Assembly (NCBI RefSeq): GCF_001194135.2
Contig: NC_068982.1
Location: 12,689,359-12,753,358, forward strand
Direction: 5' to 3'
From: Octopus bimaculoides
Taxonomy: Eukaryota
Length of the DNA stretch: 64,000 nucleotides
Of this stretch, positions 1-11,724 are shown piece by piece. The first letter of the stretch is position 1, and each line of letters begins with the position of its first letter. The notes beneath the pieces were generated by a model, which did no database searches, was not told the origin of the DNA, and saw only the letters and a program-made list of their open reading frames with translations. Both the position numbers and the translations under genes were made by a program.

Positions 1-382
1 AAAATATAGAATGAAGTACTTAAGGATGACTGCCTGATGCTGAACAAGATGACAAAGGAGTGAGATGTTTGGTGCCTTGCTGTACTCAAGAAGACTCATT
101 CCCCACTGTAGAAGAGTTAAGGCAACTCCCCCTGGTGAAGAGGACTGACCTGCAAGAGTAATGTGCTGGTGTCACGTAAAAAGCACTCCTGCCGGTGCCG
201 CATTAGAGTGCTTGTATGATGTCATGTTAAAAGCACCCAACGCACACACACTGTAATGTGGTTGGTGTTGGGAAGGGCATTGAGCTGTAGAAACCAAGTC
301 AAATCAGACTACATCTTGGTGCAGCTTTTCAGCTTTGGTCAGAATGTCCAACCCATACCTGTATGGAAAGCAAATGTTAAAA

Positions 383-430
<48 letters not shown>
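1..430 (+). mobile_element. 3' end of an RTE-like LINE with (GAT)n tail
   Basis: Decayed ORF2 C-terminus followed by the 3' UTR motifs GTCACGTAAAAAGCAC, GGAAGGGCAT..GCTGTAGAAAC and CCAACCCAT...GGAAA..ATGTTAA, ending in (GAT)n at 383-430. The same tail recurs many times in the window. Confidence 0.7.
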
Positions 431-1665
431 CTGGTAGATATAATGGACTACTCCTTTCCTGAAAAGTTTGTGAGACTTGTACTTATGTTATAAATTTTTG
501 TTTATTATTTAATAATACTTATCTTTTTCTGGATTTATTAATTAATATCTGAAATTAATATATTCTCATAAATTCACTATATATTGGACAAATTGCTTTA
601 AAAAGTTGTTTGTTGGTCTGGGAATGTTGATTTTCACAGAATTGTTGCTTCTAAATATTTCAGAAAATTGTCCAATATGACCTTCTTTAAAATGCACAAA
701 AAATAAAGAACCTAAAAGAAAATTTTACTCTAACATTTTTAGAAAATATTTTACAAATTTTCTGTCAGGAAAAAAGCATATTTTTCAAATCAGTAAACTT
801 TTCCAATGTTTGTTTCATTACTTGGGGATATACAATATTCATAGATATTATGTTAGGAGCTAAAGAAAAACGAATTTCCGCTACCTAAGTGCAAAACTAT
901 GGCCTGCAACTTAGAACAGATTTTCTGCTTTTTCACTATTAAATGCTGGATACTTTTCTTTCAACTAATTTTTTGGTGGAGTGATGTAGGGAAGTATGGG
1001 GGTAAATTTCTGTGTGCAAGACAACAAAGTGAGTATGTATGGCACAAGTATTTATTTTACTCACTCATGACAGATATATGACAAAGTCATCCCAGTGGGT
1101 TTTGAAAAAAGTCATAGAACTAGAGTAAAACTAGAAATCTTAATGTACTGCTTCATATAACGGCAATTCACATTCTGTAGCTTCTCACTTCCCAGTCCTT
1201 GTGTCATAAAAAAAAAAGAGAATATAAAAATTACAGTCTGGTTCTCTACTAATGTCAAGAAATAATGTATAATACTAATAATTGTTATATCTAAAATAAG
1301 CACCAACCATGAAGAATATGATACATTCTTCATGAATTGAGTTTATAACTTGGTTATATGAGCTGAAACTTTCCTTTTTGTTGCTCAATTATTTTAGCAA
1401 AGTAGAAACATTTCATTTTCCTTTCTGCTATAAATCTAAAACTTTCAGACTTTAGGAGAAAGTTATATGGATAATGTTGATTATTTCAAGTTGTAAGTTG
1501 ACTGGGTATTTAGCTTATATTTAATATCTTCAATAATTTTGCTTGGTATATTTTCACATATATGGAAAAACAGTAAACTTACACTCATCTTCAGTATACC
1601 CAGCTGCAAGAGTCTAGCAGAGGAGATACCAAAAATTTGAAGAAAATATCCACGAAAACTGTTAA

Positions 1666-1876
1666 CCCTTTTGTTGCTGTATTTATTATTAGTTTCTTTC
1701 GATTATTTTAAATACAACAAAGAATTTAGTATAATAACTTAGTCATCATTCAGCTAGTGTTAGGAACATAAATTGTGACTAAGGTTTGGTGGAAGATTTT
1801 AATCCAGAACTTTTGAAAACAAGACATTTGTACTACAGAGCCAGAGGTGGTTTCAGACAGGTTGGTATCAAAAGGG
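1666..1876. mobile_element. piggyBac-type MITE, copy 1
   Basis: TTAA|CCCTTTTG ... CAAAAGGG|TTAA: terminal inverted repeats with TTAA on both sides, about 211 bp, non-coding. Confidence 0.8.
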
Positions 1877-1896
1877 TTAAATTAATCATTTGTTAA

Positions 1897-2115
1897 CCCT
1901 TTTGTTACTGTATTTCTGTTGAGATGTTCTGTGTTTCAGTTAAATTAAATATAACAAAGAATTTAGTAAAATAACTTAGTTATCATTAAGCTAGCATTAG
2001 GAAAATAAATTGTGACTAAGGTTTGATGGAAAATTTTAATTCAAAACTTATAAAAATCAAGACATTTGTACTATAGAGCCAAAGCATGGTCTAATTTTTG
2101 TTGGTAATGAAGGGG
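1897..2115. mobile_element. piggyBac-type MITE, copy 2 (diverged, same orientation)
   Basis: TTAA|CCCTTTTG ... GAAGGGG|TTAA. The interior aligns by eye with copy 1 (AACAAAGAATTTAGT, AAATTGTGACTAAGGTTTG, AAGACATTTGTACTA). Confidence 0.8.
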
Positions 2116-3384
2116 TTAAAGAAACTAACAGAAATTAGACCTGGTAACTGGTTAGGAAAAAAACAAAGTTCAGCAAAAGCATTAATGACCCTAATCCTTG
2201 GTGGTGGTGGTGGTGAATGAGATGAGCTATTCCTTTATACAGAACCACACACAAACCCACCACCATCACCATGCTTTCTAGCTGGGACTGGTGCATTTAT
2301 TTTGGGGGGCACCCAGTAATCATCATCATCTTACTCAGTAGTACTGACTGAACTGCAATGCTCAGTTTAGAATCACTTTCACTTTCAGTATCTCTATCTT
2401 CCTTGCGAATAATGACTATTTTGATAAAATACTTCAGAAGAATATTTTTACCCTTATAGGTATAACATTACGTAATTTTTCATCAAGGTCTAGAGAAAAG
2501 TTTAAAAAAAAAAAGGCATAAAGTAATGAGGAATGAAGTTTGAAAATCTTCATATAATTTTTTATATATTTAGTTTTAACTTTTTATAATATAAAACTAA
2601 TTATAAATATCTTCTCTAAACATCGATAACAAAATAATCTCTCTTCCACTTATTCTATTATTTTATAGGTAGAGATTAGAGATCAACACACAAAATTTTG
2701 TGTTATTAGTTGTAGCTGATTAAAGATATTCCATTGTGGACCATCAAGATTTAATGTCAGATTAGATTATCCAATATAAACATACTTCCTTTTACTTTTT
2801 GTATTTTCATATAGTAGGGTGTGACCGGAAGGGAGTAATTTCATTGCTATTTCTTGCACCTCAAGTAACCTCAAAGAGGTCTTCTTATCTAGTTGGCTCT
2901 TATAAATTATCTAGAATGTAATAGCAGAAGTAATGCTTAATTTTATTGATGATATTAATAGCAATTATATTATTGATATTTCAGTCATGTTTCAGTGAGT
3001 AATGTTTACTCAAGCGTAAAAATAAAAATTCATGCAGCTGTCTAAATTTTTCGAAACCTTCAATTCTTGTCAGAAATCAGAATGTCAAATGATCAAAGTC
3101 ATCATCATGTTGGTTATATTTTTAGAATATCAGAGAAATATGCTGCTACATGTTCTATTAAGTAATGTAAAATAAGAAATAACAAACAAAACAAAACAAA
3201 ACCAAAACAAAAAAAGCTTCCTAATACTCTCTATACTGCTGTCAGCAAGTTATTGGTTTTACTCTTTGCTTTAAAGTCTTGCTGCATTAATTCACTTTAA
3301 AAATGTTCTATAAAACAACCTAGTGCAAAAGCATAGTTTGTTTTTATCATATAATTTTATCAGTATTTCCATGCACAAAATCAT

Positions 3385-3524
3385 GCACACACATGCTAAC
3401 ACACATACTCACACACGTGCACACATACACACACACACTCCACACACATACCTACTCACAAACACACAATCCTATACATATATGTATGTGTATGAGTGTG
3501 TGAGCATGCATATTTATATGAGTA

Positions 3525-3564
<40 letters not shown>

Positions 3565-4070
3565 NNNNNNNNNNNNNNNNNNNNNNNNNNNNNNNNNNNN
3601 NNNNNNNNNNNNNNNNNNNNNNNNNNNNNNNNNNNNNNNNNNNNNNNNNNNNNNNNNNNNNNNNNNNNNNNNNNNNNNNNNNNNNNNNNNNNNNNNNNNN
3701 NNNNNNNNNNNNNNNNNNNNNNNNNNNNNNNNNNNNNNNNNNNNNNNNNNNNNNNNNNNNNNNNNNNNNNNNNNNNNNNNNNNNNNNNNNNNNNNNNNNN
3801 NNNNNNNNNNNNNNNNNNNNNNNNNNNNNNNNNNNNNNNNNNNNNNNNNNNNNNNNNNNNNNNNNNNNNNNNNNNNNNNNNNNNNNNNNNNNNNNNNNNN
3901 NNNNNNNNNNNNNNNNNNNNNNNNNNNNNNNNNNNNNNNNNNNNNNNNNNNNNNNNNNNNNNNNNNNNNNNNNNNNNNNNNNNNNNNNNNNNNNNNNNNN
4001 NNNNNNNNNTATATATATATACATACATACATACATACATACATACATACATACATACATACATACATAC
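3385..4070. repeat. (CA)n/(TA)n/(CATA)n microsatellites around an assembly gap (N 3565-4009)
   Basis: Seen directly. This block produces the spurious X-containing ORFs. Confidence 0.95.
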
Positions 4071-5321
4071 GTATGCTGAACTACTGAGACTACTACAAGT
4101 TCAGATTTATACCTGTAATTATTGGGGTTCTGGGATATATAACACACTGCCTAAATACCAGTCTCGAGAAATTAGGCTTTTTAAAACCAGAAAGGAGAAA
4201 GCTAATTCCAAGACTACAGATCCAAACCATCCCTGGAACTGTAAAAATCTGTAAAACTTTCCAGAAGTTTATCATTTAAATATATATGAGCATGTCTAGA
4301 TATGTAACTATATGCATGAGAATGCATACATAATACATACATGCATACATACATACATACATACATACATACATACATACATACATAAATACAAACAAAA
4401 TTACCCTGTTGTTGATGCTGAAATTCCAATGAAGGAACCTTGGACCTAGGTTAGAAACTGATTCTTTATCTATTGGCAAGAAACTTGAAATAAATTGAAT
4501 AATGACATACATACATTCTTATCATCGTTCTAAATAACATAACATCCATCTTCCATGCCGGCATGAGTTAGATGGCTTGACAAAATCCAATGAACTGGGG
4601 AAATGTGTTGAGCCCCAATGGCTACTTTGGTATAGTTTCAACAGCTGGATGCTCTTCCTGATGCCAACAACTTTGCAAAATGAATTATATACATACATAC
4701 TTTAAAACATATTAACGTCATCAGCAACAACATTTTAGCATCCATGCTTGCAGGGGTCAGATGGAGTTTATTGAGGCAAATTTTCATGGCCAGCTGCCTT
4801 TCCTGTCCCCAACTCTCACTTGTTTCCAAGCAACATAATATTTTTTCATGGCCAGACATGTTCTTGCAGTGTATTTGGAAATGAATGACTCTGCTTGTAT
4901 GACATTGACAATCATTTTACAGCAATCACATGATGTCAAGACAAAGAGATACAAACTGATACACACACAAGCACACACACATACATATAAACTAATATAT
5001 AGGTATACAACAAGCTTCTTTCAGTTTACATCTGTCACATCCACTCACAAGGCTTTGGTCAGTAGAAGACGCTTGCACAAAATGCCACAGAGTGGCACTG
5101 AATCCAGAGCCATAGGGTTGGAATGCTAACTTCTTACTACACAGTCATACCAGCATCTATAGTTTTATATATATATTAATAAATCTCAGGGTAGCAAAAA
5201 ATTTTAGAAATTCTTTTTGCTACCAGTGGTCTAACGAGAAGAAAAAAACTAGTCAATAGACTATATATTATTCATATAAATGCAGTGTACATTTAAACAC
5301 ATCAGAGAGATGTCCATAATA

Positions 5322-5586
5322 GGACATATAACCTGCTAGAATGAGCAGTCAAAACGCTAAACCACAATTAAGGATAATTTCGAAAGGGAATGATAAATAA
5401 AAACATTTACCATCTATTTTCCGAACCATGGTTTCAAGCTATTTTTAGCAAAATAAAATAATATTTTAGCTTGAAACCATGGTTTGGAAAATAGATGGTA
5501 AATGTTTTTATTTATCATTCCCTTTCGAAATCATCCCTAATTGTGGTTTGGAGTTTTGACTGCTCCTTCTAGCGGGTTAGATGTCC
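5322..5586. repeat. Fold-back palindrome: about 120-bp inverted arms with a 25-bp spacer (probable MITE)
   Basis: The arm at 5322-5441 is the reverse complement of 5467-5586 with few mismatches; the core TTTCGAAAGGGAATGATAAATAAAAACATTTACCATCTATTTTCC is identical. Confidence 0.9.
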
Positions 5587-6089
5587 TTGCCCCAATGTTA
5601 GTTATCATATTTATTGACCGATTAACAGAGCAATGCTAGATTGTGCCAATCTGCTGAATTTAATCAAACTGACAATGATTTGAAAGACTCAAAATATGCT
5701 GTTTAGTAATGTCAACTGTTAAACAGAAGTGTGTCCACTCCAATGACATTTTCTATCAAAACTTTCAATCACATCATCTTTAAAAATATTCACCATCAGA
5801 GATATAAAGGTGTTTTCATCTAACTGATACAATGGCTGGACAATTAATGCACAGGAATACTTATTACATGACGATCTGTTTGAATACTACTATAACCATT
5901 GTGTTGGACGTAATTCCAGGTGGGATGTCTATGAGAATAAACAATTCAAGATGTCTTCTGCATGAAAAACGATACTTAAGTTATTGATTTACTTTTTAAT
6001 GCTGTGAATATTAAAAAGCTAATTAGAAATAATTATGCAGAAGGAAAAGCAATATTAGTCAATAACTAATATTATTTTAATTATTTCAG

Positions 6090-6228
6090 CAAGTAGAAGA
6101 GGCACTGCATGCCCTAGTTTTTCTGCCTGACAAAGCAAGATTTTCTCCTGTTGAGAAGTGTTTTGTAGCTGGAAGGGAAACCTTCAAGAACAGTAATTGT
6201 TTCATCAAAATTCATCTGACTCATACTG
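6090..6228 (+). CDS. Candidate internal coding exon, phase 0 to 1 (QVEEALHALVFLPDKARFSPVEKCFVAGRETFKNSNCFIKIHLTHT); gene unknown
   Basis: Acceptor ttttaattatttcag, donor G|gtatga, 46 open codons in one frame only, non-repetitive and higher in GC than the flanks. No family recognised. Confidence 0.3.
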
Positions 6229-6428
6229 GTATGAAAAAATATGAATGAAACAACCATTGACTAAGAACTGAATAACTTAATCACTCAGTAAACTGAGCAC
6301 ATGATTTAGTTTTGACCTGCAGTTGCAAACGAATTTATGTATGTTATTAATATTCTTGAGAATATCACACAATCCTGACTTATCAATAATGTTGTAAGGT
6401 TAGTGTCTTATCAATATTTCTTTATACT

Positions 6429-6806
6429 GGCATAGGAGTGGCTGTGTGGTAAGTAGCTTGCTTACGAACCACATAATTCTGGGTTCAGTCCCACTGCGTG
6501 GCACCTTGGGGAAGTGTCTTCTACTATAGCCTTGGGTCGACCAAAGCCTTGTGAGTGGATTTGGTAGATGGAAACTGAAAGAAGCCTGCCGTATATATGT
6601 GTATATATATGTGTATGTGTGTTTGTGTGTCTGTGTTTGTCCCCTCCAACATCGCTTGACAACCGATGCTGGTTCGGCAAAAGAGAATCAATACAATAAA
6701 TAATAGGCTTACAAAGAATAAGTCCTGGGGTCGATTTGTTCGACTAAAGGCGGTGCTCCAGCATGGCCGCAATCAAATGACTGAAACAAGTAAAAAGAGT
6801 AAGAGT
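6429..6806 (+). mobile_element. tRNA-derived SINE family A (internal deletion)
   Basis: A-box-like TGGCTGTGTGG, B-box-like GGTTCAGTCCC, core GCACCTTGGG(C/G)AAGTGTCTT, internal (TA)/(TG)n and tail GAAACAAGTAAAA(A)GAG. Many copies in the window. Confidence 0.85.
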
Positions 6807-7169
6807 AGAAAAAGAAGAAAGAAATTTAAAAAAAAACAATAAAAACAATACAAAATCAAAGAAGCAAATAATTTTGTCAATAAAATCCTCAGCTTTTCTT
6901 TTCCTAAAAATCAAGCTAGTTACGTCCTACCAAGCTTTTTAGATAATTATTGTCTGCTATCATATTTAGTTTAATCTTATATTTTGATACATCAAAAAAT
7001 ACGCTCAGGTTTTGTGAAATTAATTTTGTCAAATTGTCATGTAATTTAACTGTTTATAGCATAACAATTCTCATGATGTAGGTATGTCACTTGTCAATCT
7101 AACTTAATACTTCAAGTTTTCATTATTTTCCACATTTTAATTAACTCTGTATGTGACATACTTTATTCT

Positions 7170-7510
7170 TTATTTACATTATTTACATTTGATGAATATT
7201 TGTCCTCATCTTGTTTGTTGTTAACACAACATTTTGGCTGATATACCCTCCAGCCTTCATCAGGTGTCTTGGGGAAATTTCGAACCTGGGTTCTCATTCC
7301 TAAAGTATTTTTCGGTGTTGTTGTTGTTATTATTATTATTATTTATTATTTATTATTCAGGTCACTGCCTGGAATCAAACTCAAAATCTTGGGGTTAGTA
7401 GCCCACACTCTTAACCACTACACCATATGCCCGGGATATAGCGTAGTCGTTAAGAGCACGGGCTACTAACTCCAAGATTCTGAGTTTGATTCCAGGCAGT
7501 GACCTGAATA

Positions 7511-7577
<67 letters not shown>

Positions 7578-7779
7578 TAATAATAATAATAATAACAGCA
7601 TCAAAATATACCTTAGGAATGAGTATCCAGGTTCGAAATTTCCCCAAGACACCTGTTGAAGGCTGGAGGGTATATCAGCCAAAATGTTGTGTTGACAACA
7701 AACAAGATGAGGACAAATATCCATCAAATGTAAATAATGTAAATAATTACATAATTCCTCATCTCTTAAATATAGAACT
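7170..7779. mobile_element. Head-to-head palindromic dimer of SINE family E (tRNA head + hammerhead/Penelope-like tail), 12-bp TSD
   Basis: The minus arm (about 7170-7431) is joined at ...ATATGCCC|GGGATAT... to the plus arm (about 7432-7779). ATACTTTATTCT is present at both 7158-7169 and 7780-7791. Confidence 0.85.
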
Positions 7780-8038
7780 ATACTTTATTCTAATATAGCA
7801 GCTATAACATATTCCTACCAATTTTTAAGTATTATTTTAGTTAAAGGCATGATGTTAAAATGGTTTGGGCTTAGATTACTAAAATAAATTTGCTAAATGC
7901 ATTTTAAATTTCTTTAGAGTTATTTTATGGTATATAAGTTGTTTTTATCTAAAGGCAATAAACTAAGTATTCCATGTATTGCAGAGATTTGACATGTAAA
8001 ATTCCTTTGACAAAATTTCAAGCAACAAATTGAATGTT

Positions 8039-8138
<100 letters not shown>

Positions 8139-9539
8139 CATATATTGCTTTTATTATTTCCTTAGTATTTATTCATTAACCTCTTTGTAAATTGAACATA
8201 AACTGACAACACAAAGTTTCCTCACTGAAAGCTTCATCAAAGAGAAGCTCATAATTATACTTCATTAACTACAATAGTCCCTACTTTCTTTTTCTTTTTC
8301 CAAAACTCTTCCTTTTTACGAGGATGGAGAGATGTCAAAAGCAACAAAACAATAAACAAACACCTTTCTCAACTTAGAATTTACTCTAGAATTTACTTTG
8401 ACTTTCCACCTTACAGCAATAATAATATACTGGAATTGGTTCAATTGACTATACCCCCTTCTCCATAGAATTGGTCTTTTGCTTAGCCAAATGAAATCAA
8501 TATATTCTATATTTTCTTTCTAATCAAGTCAAAATTTTCTTTTTAATTGATTCATAAAAGAATATTTTGATAGTTACACCAAAAAATGTTTGCCTTGGTT
8601 CTCTTTCATGCATTCTCTTTCCAACAAATGTAAAAATTTTATTTTTGCAAATTATTCTGTGTTTTGTGCAAGTTATTCAGTTTTGAAATGGAAATTTCTG
8701 TAAACAAAATCATTACTATCAATTTAACAATTTGATTAGCTACTTGGCTGCTTAGATCATAATTCAATATTTTCCAACTTAGCAGTTGAGGAATTACTAA
8801 TTTCATGTAAGTACGAAAATTGCAAGTTATTGAAGATTCTTTAAATTGTTATCCTATTTTAACACCAAATGAAATTTACAAAAAAAAAAAAAAAAAAAAA
8901 TTCGATTCCTATTTTATTTTATGAAATCTTTTAAGTTCCAAGATCTCTTTACCAATTTACCATTTTACATGTACAGTTACTCACATAATTTGTACAATAA
9001 TATTTGAGTAATATACCAAACATTTGTTTGTGATTATCCAAGTATAAATATTTTATGTTATTACCAATTTCTCAAATTAATTTCCTAAACATTTTCTTTT
9101 TCTTTCTTTTCTTCCTTTTTTGTTCTATAAAATATTTACTAAACCATATATTGCTATAATGAAATAAATTCTGAATTTAATTTCAGGAAAACAAAATTGA
9201 ATTAAAAATAATGTTAGAATTATATTCTATTTTTCATATTTATTCCACATCTACTGCTGCTCATCCTCTGCTATGTTTTATGTGGGGCAAGAGGCAAATG
9301 ATGAGGGGCATTTAGTTGGTGACTGCAATGAAAGCAATGAGAAAACGAGATGCTAAAGAGCACCATAAAGGCAGGAAGAGGAGTGTATGAATGCTGCAAT
9401 AATATCTCAGATGTGGAAGATAGAGGGAGGTAGAAGGAAACAGTGGAGGAAATTTTAGAGGTGTAAGGGTGGGTAATGAGTTAAAGGTAAGAAAATGTGT
9501 TACAAAAGTATTGCTGAACATCTAGTCTAACCATTATCT

Positions 9540-10446
9540 CACTTGCACCTCTAGGATGCCTCTAGCCATTCTTTCCCACACAGATAAAAGTAAAAAAAGG
9601 TGTTACCAAGCACCTCCTCTTACCTTTATCGCATGACTTGTCCATATATCTCAGTGCACTCATTGCATCACCTATTCTTCTCCCCCCTCCTGGTCTATCT
9701 CCACCCTCTCCATTATATCCAGGATGCTTCTGAGGCATTCACACTCTGCTCTTCCCTTTCTTCCCACCTCTATGGGATCATTCAGTGCATCTTCCCCTCA
9801 CTGCATTCACCCACTGCCCCTTATCCTCTGCTTGCGTTCTCTCCACAGCTACTCAACCTCCTCATCCCCTTATTTCATCTTTCATCCCCTGACCTACCCC
9901 CACAACCACCCAATCTCTTTTCCTTTCAGTAATTTCGTTTAAGGATTCCACTCTACCCTAGTCTATTGCTCCTTCCCTCTCTCCTTTCCCTCATACCTTC
10001 TCTCCATGCTAACCCCTTATCATATCAGATTGCCCTAGATCCTCACTACACAACCTTATTAACTTTCTACTATGTCACCACTTTTTCAATAACCCCTGTT
10101 TCCTGATATATTTTCACTTCATCCTCTCATCGTACCCTCCTTCCCTCCCCCATCCCACCACCCAGTATCACTGGCCACCCTCTTCTCTGCTCTACTTTAG
10201 TTATAGGGGCCATGTAAGGTCCTTAACCTTGCAAGCTATGAGGTGATCTTCACTAGTGCTGCTGCAATGAATAACCCCTACCCCCACCCCAGTACATTCT
10301 GAGGTAGGTGGCTTTAGAAAGGACATCCGGTCAGAGAAACTTTGTCAAAGTAGCCAGTGGAGCATGACATGGTCCTTCAACTCTTCAGAACTTACCAAAC
10401 CATCCAACCAATGGCAGTATGGAAGCGTTAAACGATGATGATGATG
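9540..10446 (+). mobile_element. Pyrimidine-rich LINE 3' region ending in the RTE-type tail and (GAT)n
   Basis: A C/T-rich strand-biased stretch runs into GAAAGGACATCCGGTC..AAAC and CCATCCAACCAATGGCAGTATGGAAG..CGTTAAACGATGATG. The 5' boundary is approximate. Confidence 0.5.
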
Positions 10447-11127
10447 TGTAATGATTCCTAATGCTTTAGAAACCAGGCAACGAGACAAATTTTATACTGG
10501 AATTATTATGTAAGCACATCAATAGTCGTCTGAGGTGTTTTAAGTACATCGTAATACATGTAGAATACATGGCAAAAAAATAAAAAAGTAAGAAAAAAGG
10601 AAGTAATATTTTTAGAGCAGCTAAACATGTGACAGTGCATTAATTTTCTGATGTATGTATATTCTCTGAAATCGGTTTATTTCAAATGTTTATTCTTTAT
10701 ACAAACTGCAGTTCTGCAAACTATTGTGAAATAAATCAATTTTTAGCTGCATGACTGACTGTATTATTGAAGTAAACATTAAATATGTTGTTATATTAAT
10801 CTCAACCATTCTGTAGTTATGTCTGATTTCAATAAGTAATATTGTTTTTATTTTCCTATTTTATTAGTTTCAGTTATTGGATTGCAGAAGTGCTGGGTCA
10901 CTTCCTACAAGGGTTTAGCCAATTGTATTGACCCTAATACTTACTTCAAGTCTGGTACTAACTTTATTAAATTTTATTTGTCAGTTTGTGAAGTTACAGG
11001 GCATAGAGAAACAGAAGATTATAAAAAAAATAGATGTGTTTATTTTTTTTTTTAGACTAGTGTAAACATAAACATTGACCAAACTCAGTTGGATTCACAT
11101 GCATACACACAAACACTAATACATACC

Positions 11128-11390
11128 TACCGTCATCATCGTCGTCATCATCGTCATCGCCGTTGTCGTCGTCGTTGCAGTTGTCGTCGTCGTCATCGTC
11201 ATCATCATCGTCTTCCTCCTCCCCTTCTTCATCATTTAATATCTGTTTAGTTGGTTTGACAGAAACTAGCAAGTCAGATGACTCCACCAAGCACTGCTGT
11301 CTGTTTTGGCATGTTTTTTTCACAGCTGGATGCCCCCCCCCCCTTAATGCCAACCACTTCACAGAGTCTACAGCAGTAATTCCCAACATG
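11128..11390 (-). mobile_element. RTE-type 3' tail fragment with degenerate (GAT/GAC)n
   Basis: Reverse-complement tail motifs (ACAGCTGGATGCCC, CTTAATGCCAACCACT) next to a trinucleotide tract. Confidence 0.6.
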
Positions 11391-11573
11391 GGGCATATGC
11401 CTCACCGGTGGGGCCTGGGAAAATTGTAGTGGCCTGAGAGATCCAATTTTTTCTTTTCTTTTTAATAAGACATAGAATTGTGAAAATCTTTTTCTTATTT
11501 TTACTTTTGTAGTCAATAATGTACTTTCATTGTTGTACTCAGTACTTAATAAAGAGTTACTGGCAGATTCTTT

Positions 11574-11724
11574 TGAGAACCCAGGTTCGAAATTTCCCCA
11601 AGACACCTGAAGAAGGCTGGAGGGTATATCAGCAGAAACATTATGTTAACAACAAACAAGATGAGGACAAATACCTGTCAAATATAAATAATGTAAATAA
11701 TTCCTCATCTCTTAAATATAGAAT
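11574..11724 (+). mobile_element. Solo 5'-truncated SINE E 3' part with hammerhead-like motif and complete tail
   Basis: GAGAACCCAGGTTCGAAATTTCCCCAAGACAC CTGAAGA AGGCTG..CAGCA GAAAC ATT ATGTT ... TCCTCATCTCTTAAATATAGAA. Confidence 0.85.

Noticed and set aside
3323-4254. Long ORFs spanning the first N-gap, and equivalent ORFs at 38215-39382, 40884-41429, 43221-44323, 44928-45704 and 54779-55356
   Set aside because: They are artefacts of translating N runs and (TA)n/(CA)n/(AAT)n repeats.
6462-6772. Recurrent ORFs such as …QIHSQGFGRPKAIVEDTCPRCHAVGLNPEPCG (also at 19, 50 and 58 kb) as a small gene family
   Set aside because: They are antisense translations of SINE family A.
7432-7505. tRNA-like sequences in SINE heads (E resembles tRNA-Arg(ACG) from memory, apparent anticodon ACT)
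   Set aside because: Stems are disrupted and each head runs into a repeat body; these are SINE heads, not tRNA genes.
9600-9942. 110-aa L/P/S/H-rich ORF
   Set aside because: It results from C/T-rich low complexity within a LINE-associated region.
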